Positions 39,967 to 50,347 of a stretch of DNA of 64,000 nt are shown here, in pieces. This stretch comes from an uncultured Verrucomicrobiae bacterium. Its GTDB lineage: Bacteria; Verrucomicrobiota; Verrucomicrobiia; Chthoniobacterales; JAFAMB01. Location: positions 64,001-128,000 of the forward strand of contig CAWEXO010000011.1 in NCBI GenBank assembly GCA_963813025.1. Reading direction: 5' to 3'. The notes beneath the pieces were generated by a model, which was not told where the DNA came from, searched no databases, and worked only from the letters and a program-made list of their open reading frames with translations. The position numbers were made by a program, and so were the translations under genes. How positions within the stretch are numbered: the stretch's first letter is position 1; each line of letters starts with the position of its first letter.

Positions 39967-40344
39967 ATGCTCCGGGATTATCTCCCTATCCTGCTGCAGG
40001 TCATCGTCGCGATTGGATTCGCGGCTGTTGCTCTCCTGATCAGCGTCGTAGTCGGTCGTGTTGGGAAAAGAAATCCAACGAAAGACTCTGCTTACGAATG
40101 CGGGATGATCCCGGTGGGCGAAGCGCAGCCGCGATTCAGTGTGAAATTTTACCTGGTCGCGATGCTTTTCATTCTTTTCGATATCGAGATCGTGTTTATG
40201 TACCCGTGGGCGGTGGTCTATCGGGATTACATCGCGCAGTTCGGCAGCCTGACCATCCTCAGCAGCATGTTCGGTTTCATTGCTATCCTGATGGTGGGGT
40301 TCGTCTACGCGATAAAAAAGGGCGCTCTCGACTGGAGAAGATGA
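39967..40344 (+). CDS. nuoA: NADH-quinone oxidoreductase subunit A
   Basis: YECG, FYLVAMLFILFDIE, KKGALDW. Confidence 0.93.
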   Translation: MLRDYLPILLQVIVAIGFAAVALLISVVVGRVGKRNPTKDSAYECGMIPVGEAQPRFSVKFYLVAMLFILFDIEIVFMYPWAVVYRDYIAQFGSLTILSSMFGFIAILMVGFVYAIKKGALDWRR

Positions 40345-40456
40345 GAGGGGAAAAGGCAATAAGGCAGCGGAATTCGCCGGCGTAGCTGGAGCATTCCGCG
40401 CTGCTACGGCCTGCATCGCTTGCAAATGCCTGAGGATCTGCGAGCAACGCAGGCTC

Positions 40457-40726
40457 CTATCGAATCCGAAAGCCTTTCAGGTTCTCGTCGACTGGCACTT
40501 CTCGCCTCGTGAGACGGGCAATAAACGGCCGCAACGAGCTGGCCTGAATTTCGTCAACGAACGCCTCGACTTCCGCAGGCTCGCCTTGGACGTACATCTC
40601 GACTCGGCCATCGAGCAGATTTCTGATCCATCCGCAGATGTCATATCCCTGGGCCAACTCTTTGACGCTGAACCGAAAACCAACACCCTGAACGCGACCT
40701 TCAAAAAGTATGAGTTGCGCGATCAT
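40457..40726 (-). CDS. acyP: Acylphosphatase
   Basis: GRVQGVGFR, GWIRN. Confidence 0.92.
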   Translation of the reverse strand: MIAQLILFEGRVQGVGFRFSVKELAQGYDICGWIRNLLDGRVEMYVQGEPAEVEAFVDEIQASSLRPFIARLTRREVPVDENLKGFRIR

Positions 40727-40840
40727 TTCGATACGTAACCAAAATAAACACCGGGAACTAGCCCGAACTGCTCACGAATCCTCAGAGACTTGTGACCGAT
40801 GCTGGACCTTACTGAACTTCGAAACGATTATGCGCGCAGA

Positions 40841-41563
40841 ATGCGATTCGCAATCTTCGGTGATATTCATGCGAATCTCGAAGCGCTTAACGCAGTTTTG
40901 GCCGATGCCAAAGATCAGGCGTGCACCGGCTATGTCTGCCTGGGCGACGTTGTCGGTTACAATGCCGATCCGAACGAATGTCTCCGCATCGTTCGTTCGA
41001 TGAATTGTGCGGTGGTGAAGGGTAATCACGATGAATACGCCTCGACCGAAGAGTCACTCGATTCGTTTAATCCACTCGCCGAAGCGGCGATCCGTTGGAC
41101 TCGGAAGACGCTTTCGTCGGCGGAAAAGGAATGGCTCAACGGACTGCCGCTCGTCATGAAGGTAGCTGGATTTACTGCTGTGCATGCCAGCCTCGAGCAA
41201 CCCTCCGACTGGATCTATATCCTCAACCAAGCCGAAGCAGCGGCCAGTTTCGCCTACCAACAAACCCAAGTTTGTTTTGTTGGGCATACTCATTCACCCC
41301 GGGTTTACGTGCATAACCATTCGATCATCGGACAGCCACTCACTGTGGTCCGGCTTGAGCCCAAAAAATTTTACCTGATTAACGTCGGCAGCGTCGGTCA
41401 ACCGCGCGATGGCGACTGGAGGGCTTCATATGCCATTTTCGATCAACAATTTGGAAAAATCGCGCTGCGCCGTATCCCTTACGACATCACCCGAACCCAG
41501 GAAAAAATCTATCGTGCCGGGCTTCCGGGAAAATTAGCGGAAAGACTGTTGTTCGGCCGATGA
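40841..41563 (+). CDS. Metallophosphoesterase
   Basis: DIHAN, LGDVVGY, GNHD, GHTH, NVGSVGQPRDGD. Confidence 0.9.
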   Translation: MRFAIFGDIHANLEALNAVLADAKDQACTGYVCLGDVVGYNADPNECLRIVRSMNCAVVKGNHDEYASTEESLDSFNPLAEAAIRWTRKTLSSAEKEWLNGLPLVMKVAGFTAVHASLEQPSDWIYILNQAEAAASFAYQQTQVCFVGHTHSPRVYVHNHSIIGQPLTVVRLEPKKFYLINVGSVGQPRDGDWRASYAIFDQQFGKIALRRIPYDITRTQEKIYRAGLPGKLAERLLFGR

Positions 41564-42531
41564 GCGCCTTGGAGATTCTGATCATCAAACCGAGCTCGCT
41601 CGGAGACGTTTTGCATACGCTCCCTGCGGTTGCTGCACTCAAACAAACTTTTCCTCAAGCGTTGATTCGCTGGATCATCAACACCGAGTGGCAGGTTTTG
41701 CTCGATGGCAATCCGCATGTGGACCAGGTCATTCCCTTTCCCCGCAGACAATTTCGGGGAATTCGTGCTTTTCTTCGTTATTTGAGCTGGTGCCGATCAC
41801 TGGCCGGGTTACGACCGGGCTTGGTTCTTGATTTTCAAGGTTTGCTGCGCAGCGCCTGGATGGCCCGGAGTTCGGGTGCGCAGCGGATCTACGGGTTGGC
41901 CGATGCGCGCGAAGGCGCTCGCATTTTCTACGATGGAGTCGCTCCGGTCAGGCGCGACCAGCATGCCGTGGAACGCTATTTGAGTCTTGCTCAACTGGCC
42001 GGCGCCGAGACCGAACGGCCGCTTGATTTCCAGCTTCCCGCCGGAAAACCTTTCACGGCAGTTCCTCTCCCCAATCCGTTGGTCGTCTTGCATCCGTTTG
42101 CCCGCGGGAAAGGAAAATCACTGAGCCTCCAGGAAGTCACTCAACTGCGGAAGGCACTGCTTCCCCTCCAAACGGTTGTCATTGGTCGTGGCGCACCTAC
42201 CCCCGGCGCACCAGCAGATTCACTCTGGCTAGTCGATCAGACCGACATTGCCCAGCTCATTTGGCTGCTCCGCAAGGCCGATTTCGTCATCAGCGTCGAC
42301 AGCGGTCCAATGCATCTGGCCGCCGCGCTTTCCCACAAATTGCTGGCGATTCATTTCTGGAGCAATCCGGCACAAGTTGGCCCTTACCGAAAGGATGCGT
42401 TTATCTGGTACAATAACCAGATTATCTCGTTTGCGCAGGTTTCCGGTGTTGCTTCCTCGCCCTACAACCGCCAGCGGCCATCTCCATTGAAAATCGCCGA
42501 TTTTGTTCGCGCCCAGCTTGCACTAGGATAA
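41560..42531 (+). CDS. GT9 LPS heptosyltransferase
   Basis: KPSSLGDV, DFQGLLRS, DSGPMHLAAA. Confidence 0.88.
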   Translation: MSALEILIIKPSSLGDVLHTLPAVAALKQTFPQALIRWIINTEWQVLLDGNPHVDQVIPFPRRQFRGIRAFLRYLSWCRSLAGLRPGLVLDFQGLLRSAWMARSSGAQRIYGLADAREGARIFYDGVAPVRRDQHAVERYLSLAQLAGAETERPLDFQLPAGKPFTAVPLPNPLVVLHPFARGKGKSLSLQEVTQLRKALLPLQTVVIGRGAPTPGAPADSLWLVDQTDIAQLIWLLRKADFVISVDSGPMHLAAALSHKLLAIHFWSNPAQVGPYRKDAFIWYNNQIISFAQVSGVASSPYNRQRPSPLKIADFVRAQLALG

Positions 42532-42539
42532 GAACTGGT

Positions 42540-43028
42540 ATGCCCTCTTTCGACATCGTTTCGGAAGTCGACCGTCAGGAGATTACCAACTCCCTTGACC
42601 AGTCGCGCAAAGAGCTGGCCACTCGCTTCGACTTCAAAGGAAGCAATGCCCGGATTGAGATAAAAAGTCCGGATCTGGTGGAGCTTCATGCGGAGGATGC
42701 CGCTCGCTTGAAATCATTACAGGAAATCGTGATCGGCCGAATGGCCAAGCGCTCGATCGATCTACGAAACATAGAGCGGAAAGACCCGTCGATCTCTCCC
42801 CTCGGGCACGCTCGCCAAGAGCTGCGTATCAAACAAGGCCTCGACGGCGATACAGCCAAGAAAATCATCCTGGCGATCAAGGATCTCGACGTGAAAGTGC
42901 AGAGCCAGCTGCAAGACCGCCAGATACGCGTTACGGGAAAAAAGCGAGACGATCTGCAAGAGGTGATCCAATTCCTCCGCAGCCGCGATTTTGGGGTTGG
43001 TTTGAATTTCAAAAATTTCCGCGATTAG
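42540..43028 (+). CDS. yajQ: YajQ family nucleotide-binding protein
   Basis: MPSFDIVS, RFDFKGS, RVTGKKRDDLQ, NFRD. Confidence 0.95.
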   Translation: MPSFDIVSEVDRQEITNSLDQSRKELATRFDFKGSNARIEIKSPDLVELHAEDAARLKSLQEIVIGRMAKRSIDLRNIERKDPSISPLGHARQELRIKQGLDGDTAKKIILAIKDLDVKVQSQLQDRQIRVTGKKRDDLQEVIQFLRSRDFGVGLNFKNFRD

Positions 43029-43230
43029 CAGTAACTCTGGGGTGCAGGAGTCCAGGAGTCGGGAGTTCAAGGAGTCAGAGTCGAGGAGGGCACTCCCGGG
43101 TAGTGTCGGCTTTTTTGTGTGTGGGTCGTTTGTTGCTTTGCCGTCTAACCTCCGGGCAAGTTGTTCTGAGGACGGCAGCTCGAGCCGGCGAGACCGCCCG
43201 ACTCCGGACTCCCGACACCTGGCTCCTTAA

Positions 43231-43470
43231 TCACCCCCCCTGCACCGGCGGCATCAGGGAGACTAGATCGTCCGGTTCGAGAGTGTCACTTCTGGAAGCG
43301 TACTCCTCCGCCACGGCGATAAGGAGGTGGCGGTCCCAGCCGCGCAGGCCAGGCACTCGTGCGAAGAGCTGCTCGAGCATTTCACCGATGGTGGCACCTT
43401 CGCGGACATCCAACTCGCCCGGAGCCCCAAGCTCCCGCAGCGCTGAGAAATATTGCAGACGGACTCTCAT
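43231..43470 (-). CDS. moaD: MoaD/ThiS family sulfur carrier
   Basis: 79 aa ending PPVQGG. Confidence 0.85.
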   Translation of the reverse strand: MRVRLQYFSALRELGAPGELDVREGATIGEMLEQLFARVPGLRGWDRHLLIAVAEEYASRSDTLEPDDLVSLMPPVQGG

Positions 43471-43994
43471 GGTTCCAGAACCCCGATCAGAGGCAGATTG
43501 CGGTATTGCTCCTGGTAATCCAAACCATAACCGACGACAAATTCATCCTCGATATCGAAACCAACATAGTCGGCTTCGATCGGCACGGCTCGATCCTTCC
43601 GTTTTCGCAAGAGAACACAACTGCGAACGCTTCGGGGACGACAATCGCGAGTGATCGCGTCGATGATCACCGAAAGAGTGCGCCCGCTGTCCAGGATATC
43701 GTCCAGCAACAGTACGTGGCGTTCGCGCAAATCGGGTAGTGCGTCTCGATCAAACTCGACGCGGCCTGTCGACGTCGTACCCCCACAGTAGCTTTGCACA
43801 CGCACACAATCCAGTCGCAATGGCAATGGAATGCGCCGAAGCAAATCGGCCATGAAAATCAAGCTTCCGTTGAGAATCGCAAGGACGGTCAAATCCTTAC
43901 CTTGGTAATCGCGGGTGATCGCCGCCGCGATCTGGTCGAGTCGAGCCGCGATTTCCTCCTCTCGATAGAGTATTCTGGTCAGGTCTTGTTTCAT
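43467..43994 (-). CDS. hpt: Hypoxanthine phosphoribosyltransferase
   Basis: ILNGS, VLLLDDILDSGRTL, FVVGYGLDY. Confidence 0.93.
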   Translation of the reverse strand: MKQDLTRILYREEEIAARLDQIAAAITRDYQGKDLTVLAILNGSLIFMADLLRRIPLPLRLDCVRVQSYCGGTTSTGRVEFDRDALPDLRERHVLLLDDILDSGRTLSVIIDAITRDCRPRSVRSCVLLRKRKDRAVPIEADYVGFDIEDEFVVGYGLDYQEQYRNLPLIGVLEP

Positions 43995-44121
43995 CCGCTC
44001 CAACCATCCTCCAGAGATAATGATCCGACGGGCAGCCCCGCTCTTCCGGTTTTAAGCTCCGGTCTGTTCCTCGTTTTGCCGAACAGCTTTATCGAGTGCC
44101 GCGAAGTTTGCTTCAAGCACG

Positions 44122-44742
44122 TCAGGCAGCAAGCGGAATATTCAAGGCGGCACGCTGGGCATACCGCCGGATCATTAGAATAAGACGCTGTTTTGAGGTC
44201 TTATCGGTAAACCGTAGTCCGTTTGCTTCAGCCAGCCGCCGCAGCTCGCCGAACGTCCGGCGGGCTATCTCGCCGCCAAATTCGTCATCGGCTAATCGCC
44301 CCAGCCGGATAAACTCCTGTTGTAATCCAGCCTTCTGCTTGCCCCCCGAAGCGACGCGGGCAGCATCGGCAAACTCGTTTCGCAGGCGCTTGGCTACCTC
44401 CTGAGCGCAGTTCTCACGGTGAACGGTGTCGACAAATTCGTGTTTCGCCGCGGAGAGATTGTCGGCTTTCACTCGCTTGCCTGCGACCTCGCGGAGCATC
44501 CTGCGCAAGAGATCGAGGGTTAAGTGACGCTTTGCCGACGGCGAGCGCAGGAGAATCTCGAGCATCAGTTCGCCCGATTTACGGCTCGAGACGAATGCGT
44601 CGAGCGCTTCGGCAAACCGATCAACCTCCCGTTCGAGTCGCCGGGCGGAGCGGGCAAAATCGTTTCCTTCAATCTTGCCGGCTTGCTTGGTCAGGCGAGC
44701 GGCGATCAGGCTAAGTTTTTCGGACAGTTCCGGGTAATTCAT
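44122..44742 (-). CDS. Hypothetical helical basic protein coupled to ParA
   Basis: 206-aa ORF with ATGA overlap to the ParA gene. Confidence 0.7.
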   Translation of the reverse strand: MNYPELSEKLSLIAARLTKQAGKIEGNDFARSARRLEREVDRFAEALDAFVSSRKSGELMLEILLRSPSAKRHLTLDLLRRMLREVAGKRVKADNLSAAKHEFVDTVHRENCAQEVAKRLRNEFADAARVASGGKQKAGLQQEFIRLGRLADDEFGGEIARRTFGELRRLAEANGLRFTDKTSKQRLILMIRRYAQRAALNIPLAA

Positions 44743-45635
44743 CGTCTTCCATCCAGATGATCAAGGAGTGCTTGAGTCAAATCGCAATAATCCTGCGCCC
44801 CGATGCTTCCGGGCGCATAAAGAATGACTGGAAGATGCTCGCTCGTCGATTCCGCTACCCGCACACAATGCCGGATATAAGGATGCAGAACCTGGGTTTT
44901 GGCCGACAAAAAGCCCGCATTCTTGAGCTGACCGAGGGCAAGTTCCAGCTCGTTGACTGCCAAGCGAAAGACATTTCCGCTGTGCCGGTAATGGCTGACG
45001 ATTAGCGCTCCGATATTCGGCCTATGCTTGTGCGCAAAGTGATCGGAAAACCGCTGCCGGAATTCGCGAATTTGTTCGGCTAATACCTGAAACCCGGAAA
45101 GGGACAAGTAATCAGGCACATAGGGAACGATACAACTTTCGGCCACAAACATGGCATTCTTCGTCGTGGTGTAGAGATTCGGCGGACAGTCGAGCAAAAC
45201 AAAATCGTAATCCTTAAATCGCGGACCCAGTGTCTTGGCGATCACTTCGTAAGAACGCGGCGGCCGCAGTTCATGCAATCCTTCCTCCGCCTTCAGCAAC
45301 TCGACCGAGGCGGGGAGGAGATGCAGCCGCGGTAAGTCAACAAAGCCGGTCCAGGTGACAACCCCTCGCACCAGCGTCTCGTCAAAGCCAAACTTCTCTT
45401 TGCCCTCGATCGCGTCATCGAAAATTTGAAAGGTCGACCTGCGCCCTTTGGCGACGTGCTCCCGCCATCGATCGGGCCGCATCAGCCAGAGGCTGGCATT
45501 GGATTGCGGATCGAGGTCCACCACCAATACTTTTTTTCCATGGAGCTTGGCTAAAGTCGCTCCGATGTTAACTACCGTGGCGGTCTTGCCAACGCCTCCC
45601 TTGAAATTGATAAAAGCGAGAATTGTTGCGCTCAT
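44739..45635 (-). CDS. ParA/Soj family ATPase
   Basis: KGGVGKT, DLDPQSNAS, DCPP. Confidence 0.92.
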   Translation of the reverse strand: MSATILAFINFKGGVGKTATVVNIGATLAKLHGKKVLVVDLDPQSNASLWLMRPDRWREHVAKGRRSTFQIFDDAIEGKEKFGFDETLVRGVVTWTGFVDLPRLHLLPASVELLKAEEGLHELRPPRSYEVIAKTLGPRFKDYDFVLLDCPPNLYTTTKNAMFVAESCIVPYVPDYLSLSGFQVLAEQIREFRQRFSDHFAHKHRPNIGALIVSHYRHSGNVFRLAVNELELALGQLKNAGFLSAKTQVLHPYIRHCVRVAESTSEHLPVILYAPGSIGAQDYCDLTQALLDHLDGRR

Positions 45636-45730
45636 CCGCGAGCCCCATTATAACGCGCCGAGTTAGCTCGATCGATCAAGCGATTTATTTCCATTTGGTC
45701 ACCAACACGCACGTTCTCACGCGCTTTTTT

Positions 45731-46278
45731 ATGAAGTACACCGCACTATCGGCCGCCGATTACGACCAGAAGCTTCGCGAAATCGGAAACTACCTTTGGG
45801 ATCTGGAGCAATGCGCGGACTTGGCAAGTGCACGACCGGAGACCTCCCGAGTAGCCGATCTCGAAAACCGAATCAGCAGGCTGACGGCCAAAGCGGAGCG
45901 CTTTGCCCGGCAGCCCGGTGATCATCAGACCCTGGTTTTATGTCTCCGGTTTGGGGAACAGAATGCTGCGCGACTGGTCGCGCGCCGCCGCTTTCTTTGA
46001 TCGGATCGTCCAGGCCGATCCACGAAATGGAGAGGCGTGGCTCGAATTGACCTGGTGCCTGGCCGAGCTCGGCCAGTGGCCAGCCGCAGCAGATGCCGCT
46101 CGCCGATCGACCGAGATTTTTCCAAAAGCGGCGGCAAGCTGGAGCAAACCTGGCGCTGACACTCGCGCAGATCGGCCGCTCGGATGAGGCTCGGTTCGCC
46201 GAACAGCGCGCCGTCGAGCTCGCAGAGGGTCAGGTCGAAGTGACGGGTCCCAAGTCCCGAGTCCCGGGTCCCGAGTGA
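45731..46278 (+). pseudogene. TPR protein split by two +1 frameshifts (about 45931 and 46148); possibly sequencing errors
   Basis: DPRNGEAWLEL..CLAELGQW and WSNLALTLAQIGR TPR patterns in successive frames. Confidence 0.6.
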
Positions 46279-47561
46279 CCGGTCCCGCATACCTCTTCGA
46301 TGGCCGTGCTGAGCGCCGACTCCGCCAAAGCAATCTCCTCTTCTGTTGCACACAGCGGGAGCATCAGGACAATCACGTCGCCAATCGGCCTGGTGAGCAA
46401 CTGATGTGCGCGCGCCCGCTGGCAAATCAGGGCGCCTATTTGTTTTTCCGGCAAAAACGCAGTGCCGTCCGGCTTCCCGAGCTCAACTCCCGCAATGAAC
46501 CCGCATTGGCGCGTCGCCCGAACAAAGCGGCTAAGGCCGATGCGCTCAAGCCCGTCCGCTAATCGCCGAATTTTGGGCAGAAGCCCGTCGAGCGTGCCTT
46601 CCGCTCGAAAAACGTCGAGGTTCGCGAGAGCCGCCGCACAGCCAAGCTGATTGCCTGCATAGCTGTGCCCGTAGAAAAAAGTTCGTTCCGTTCCGCCGAG
46701 AAAACCCTGAAAAATCTTTTCCGTCGTCAAAGTAGCGCCCAGCGGCAGATATCCGCCGGTCAGCCCCTTGGCCAGCGCCAGGAAATCCGGGGCGACGCTT
46801 TCGTGCTGGAAGGCGAACATTTTTCCGGTTCGGCCAAAGCCGGTCATAACCTCGTCGAAAATGAGAAAGACCTTATGTTGATCGCACCATGATCGCAATT
46901 TGCCGAGAAGCCCAGGCGGCCAGAGTCGCATGCCGGCTGCGCCTTGGATCAAAGGCTCGATGACAACCGCCGCAATCTCAGAGGGGTCCAGCGCGAGCAA
47001 GTCAGTCGCCGCCGCGATATGCTGAACCGGAAAGTGCCACGGGGCAAACCTGGCATGAAACGCCGGGATGCCTCCCAGGCTCGACGCGCCCATGGTGTCA
47101 CCATGGTAGGCATTTGAAAAAGCCACCAGACGCTTCTTTTTTGGGAATCCATTCTGAAAAAAATACTGGAGACACATCTTGATGGCTACTTCGATCGCCG
47201 TTGAGCCATCGTCGGAAAAAAAGACCCGCCTCAAGCGAGCCGGGTCAACCAGGTTCACGAGTTCTTCGGCCAGCCGTGCCGCAAGTGGATTGCCCAATCC
47301 CAAAAACGAGGTATGCGCCACCCGGCCCAGCTGATTGCGGATTGCCTGGTTTATCGACGGATGATTATGCCCATGGATATTAGTCCAGATCGACGAGTTA
47401 CCATCCAGGTAGTTCCTTCCATCCGCGTCGAAAACCCAGGCTCCCTGTCCGCGTACGAGCATCAGGGGTTCGTACTCCGGCCGAAGCCAATCCAGCATCT
47501 GGGTGAACGGGTGCCAGACAAACTCTTTATCAGCTGCAACAAAGGATTTAGCAGTCTTCAT
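46230..47561 (-). CDS. bioA: Adenosylmethionine-8-amino-7-oxononanoate aminotransferase
   Basis: WHPFTQ, YHGDT, EPLIQGAAGM, DEVMTGFGRTG, AKGLTGGYLP. Confidence 0.93.
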   Translation of the reverse strand: MKTAKSFVAADKEFVWHPFTQMLDWLRPEYEPLMLVRGQGAWVFDADGRNYLDGNSSIWTNIHGHNHPSINQAIRNQLGRVAHTSFLGLGNPLAARLAEELVNLVDPARLRRVFFSDDGSTAIEVAIKMCLQYFFQNGFPKKKRLVAFSNAYHGDTMGASSLGGIPAFHARFAPWHFPVQHIAAATDLLALDPSEIAAVVIEPLIQGAAGMRLWPPGLLGKLRSWCDQHKVFLIFDEVMTGFGRTGKMFAFQHESVAPDFLALAKGLTGGYLPLGATLTTEKIFQGFLGGTERTFFYGHSYAGNQLGCAAALANLDVFRAEGTLDGLLPKIRRLADGLERIGLSRFVRATRQCGFIAGVELGKPDGTAFLPEKQIGALICQRARAHQLLTRPIGDVIVLMLPLCATEEEIALAESALSTAIEEVCGTGHSGPGTRDLGPVTST

Positions 47562-47823
47562 CTCCAGAGTTTCGGCTTTGGCGCGCCAATTCACGTTCGG
47601 CCCAAACGTAGTCCTCGTACGAGGCGCGCCGATGCTGATACTTGCGAAAAAGCCGCTCTTTGAACTCGCGCAAATCTTCCACCAACGGACTGTCGTAGTA
47701 TGTCCAGGCGTGTTCATCCGACCTTTTTGCCTGGAAACGCCAGCGCTTTGCTTGTTTGGTGACCCGGACCTCCCGTTTGAATCCGTCCGCGGTGCGTTCA
47801 GTCCAAATGTGCTGATTGCGCAT
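47548..47823 (-). CDS. Small hypothetical protein
   Basis: KREVRV..WRFQ..WTYY..RKYQHRR; overlaps the bioA start. Confidence 0.65.
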   Translation of the reverse strand: MRNQHIWTERTADGFKREVRVTKQAKRWRFQAKRSDEHAWTYYDSPLVEDLREFKERLFRKYQHRRASYEDYVWAERELARQSRNSGDEDC

Positions 47824-47864
47824 CGGCTGAACTTTAGTTTGCGGCCCTTGTTCGTCCACGGTAA

Positions 47865-48767
47865 TTGCTTCCCTTGATTTTAAAGCTACTTTGCTATCTC
47901 TTTTTCACCGTTCTATTGGGGGCTGCTTTTGCGCCGGTGCTCTACGAAGCCGGCCAATGGAGCGCGCATTGGCCTCCGTTCGCGGCGCTCGCCGACAGCG
48001 ATTTCAGCCGATTCTTTGATCGATCGGTTCTCCTGGCGGCTCTAGTATTGCTTTGGCCGACCATTCGCTGGACCGGACTTAGCCGCCTCGACCAGCTCGG
48101 GCTGCGCCGCAATCCCGCCCGGTGGCGGGACTTGGTAATCGGCTTTGGCTTGGCGGCGCTCACTATTGCGGTGCTTGGCAGCGGACTCTTAGCCGCCGGA
48201 GCGTATGCGGTGAAATGGCATCCGCCCCTGAACGCTCTTCCTCGTCTTTTCTTATCTTCATTCGTTGTCGCTTTGCTCGAGGAATTCCTCTTTCGCGGGG
48301 GGATTCTTGGGCTCCTCCGGCGCTCCCTGCCCGTGTGGGGCGCCCTCCTGGTCTCCTCATTCTTGTTTGCTATCGTGCACTTTCTGAAACCCGCGGACAA
48401 TACGGTGTCCTTGGTCAGCTGGCACTCTGGTTTTGATCTTCTGCACGCACTGTTTTTTCGCTTCGCGGATCCGCTGCTGGTAGCGGGCGCCGGCCTCACC
48501 CTGCTTCTGCTTGGACTCGTCCTGGGTTATGCCACTATTAAAACCTCTTCACTTTGGCTGCCGGTTGGGCTTCACGCCGGCGTGGTCTTCGCCAAAATGG
48601 GCTTTAACAAGCTCACTAAACGATCCGGCGACCTTTTCCCCTGGTTTGGCGCAGACCTGACGGTCGGTTTGGGCGCTATTCTCATCATCGTTTTCCTTTG
48701 GTGTGCCGTCTGGTTTATTCTGCGGGTGAGCAGACCCCTTCCCTCCGATGTGGCACACAGCGCTTGA
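47865..48767 (+). CDS. CPBP (Abi/CAAX) intramembrane metalloprotease
   Basis: EEFLFRG, FAIVH, SLWLPVGLH. Confidence 0.88.
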   Translation: MLPLILKLLCYLFFTVLLGAAFAPVLYEAGQWSAHWPPFAALADSDFSRFFDRSVLLAALVLLWPTIRWTGLSRLDQLGLRRNPARWRDLVIGFGLAALTIAVLGSGLLAAGAYAVKWHPPLNALPRLFLSSFVVALLEEFLFRGGILGLLRRSLPVWGALLVSSFLFAIVHFLKPADNTVSLVSWHSGFDLLHALFFRFADPLLVAGAGLTLLLLGLVLGYATIKTSSLWLPVGLHAGVVFAKMGFNKLTKRSGDLFPWFGADLTVGLGAILIIVFLWCAVWFILRVSRPLPSDVAHSA

Positions 48768-49455
48768 GCTTTTTTATCCAGAACATTGCGTCGTCTGCGG
48801 GTCAGCCCAGACCGTCGCGCCATTGCTCTGTAAATCCTGCCACGAGACGGCTCAGAAGGTGACCGCACCCTTTTGCGAAATTTGCTCCCGGCCTTACGAC
48901 GGCCAGATTCCCGCTCCCTTCTCCTGCCCAAACTGCATCAGCCAATCTTTTGGGTTTGCCTGCGCCGTCGCTCCCTATCGCGCGCGCGGAATCGTGCGCG
49001 AGTTAATCCATCGTTTCAAGTACAACGGTGATTTTCATTTGCGCCACATTTTGGCCAGGTGGGCCGCTGAGGGTTTGGCAGATCCTCGGCTGCAACAATC
49101 GAGCTTCGACGCTATAGTCCCGGTGCCGCTCCATCCGGCGCGACAGCGAGAGAGGGGCTTCAACCAAGCCCAAGCCATTGGCGAACTCCTTTCAAAAAAA
49201 AGTAACATCCCCCTGCAAACGTGTTTGCGCCGGGTTCGCTACACTGAGACCCAGACCCATTTCGATCGGGCAACCAGAATGCGAAATCTCCGAACCGCTT
49301 TTCGGGCCGCCGGCGACCCCATTTCGCTCGCGGGCAAAAAACTGCTGCTGGTCGACGATGTTTTCACGACGGGGTCTACCTTGGATGAATGCTCTCGTGT
49401 CTTGCTGGAAGCCGGGGCCGAATCGGTCAGTGCGATTACGATCGCCCGTGGGTGA
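48748..49455 (+). CDS. comF: ComF family protein
   Basis: Double zinc ribbon, VPVPLH..RQRERGFNQ, LVDDVFTTGST. Confidence 0.9.
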   Translation: MWHTALELFYPEHCVVCGSAQTVAPLLCKSCHETAQKVTAPFCEICSRPYDGQIPAPFSCPNCISQSFGFACAVAPYRARGIVRELIHRFKYNGDFHLRHILARWAAEGLADPRLQQSSFDAIVPVPLHPARQRERGFNQAQAIGELLSKKSNIPLQTCLRRVRYTETQTHFDRATRMRNLRTAFRAAGDPISLAGKKLLLVDDVFTTGSTLDECSRVLLEAGAESVSAITIARG

Positions 49456-49494
49456 ATGTTCTAACGGAGAGGCTTTTGATCACGCAGCCTAAGT

Positions 49495-50343
49495 ATGGCA
49501 ATTTTTCCAAAACCAAGTCTTAAAACCGGACAAAAAAGGAAACGCGACATGCCCGAGGGTCTCTGGCAGAAATGCCCAAGCTGCGGTGAGGTGATTCACC
49601 ACCTCGAGCTTACGCAGAACCTCGAGGTTTGCCCAAAGTGCGACCATCATTTTACCTTTTCGGCCGAGAAACGGATTACCAGCCTGGTCGATCTCGGTTC
49701 GTTTACCGAACTTGATCCAAATCTGGAATCGGTCGATGTCCTCAATTTCACCGGAGTGGTCGCCTACACCGATCGACTCAAGAATTACCAGGAAAGAACC
49801 GGTCTTACAGATGCGGTCATTACCGGTTTCGCCACTTTGGAGTCGCGTCCAATCGCGTTGGCCGCCATGGACTTCAACTTCCTGGCGGCGACCATGGGTT
49901 CGGTTGTCGGCGAAAAAATCACGCGCCTGATCGAGAAGGGTACCGAGGCCCGCCGTCCGATCGTTATTTTCTGCGCTTCCGGGGGTGCCCGGATGTACGA
50001 GGGAATGTTCAGCCTCATGCAGATGGCAAAGACCAGCGGCGCTCTGGCCCGGCATGATCAAGCGAAGCTGCCGTACCTCGCCGTGCTGACTCATGCGACC
50101 ACCGCCGGCGTTATGGCTAGCTTCGCTTCACTCGGCGACGTCATCATTGCTGAACCGAAAGCCATGATCGGCTTCGCGGGACCACGGGTGATCCGGGAGA
50201 CGACCCAACAGGAGTTGCCGCCGGGATTTCAGACAGCCGAGTTTTTGCAGGAACACGGTCTGATTGACCTCATCGTTCACCGCCGATCCATGCGCAGTGC
50301 TTTGAGCGGCTTACTCGGCTACCTGGATGCCGGACGCCGGTGA
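49495..50343 (+). CDS. accD: Acetyl-CoA carboxylase carboxyltransferase beta subunit
   Basis: LWQKCPSC, MGSVVGEKI, SGGARM, GFAGPRVI. Confidence 0.95.
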   Translation: MAIFPKPSLKTGQKRKRDMPEGLWQKCPSCGEVIHHLELTQNLEVCPKCDHHFTFSAEKRITSLVDLGSFTELDPNLESVDVLNFTGVVAYTDRLKNYQERTGLTDAVITGFATLESRPIALAAMDFNFLAATMGSVVGEKITRLIEKGTEARRPIVIFCASGGARMYEGMFSLMQMAKTSGALARHDQAKLPYLAVLTHATTAGVMASFASLGDVIIAEPKAMIGFAGPRVIRETTQQELPPGFQTAEFLQEHGLIDLIVHRRSMRSALSGLLGYLDAGRR

Positions 50344-50347
50344 CTAA

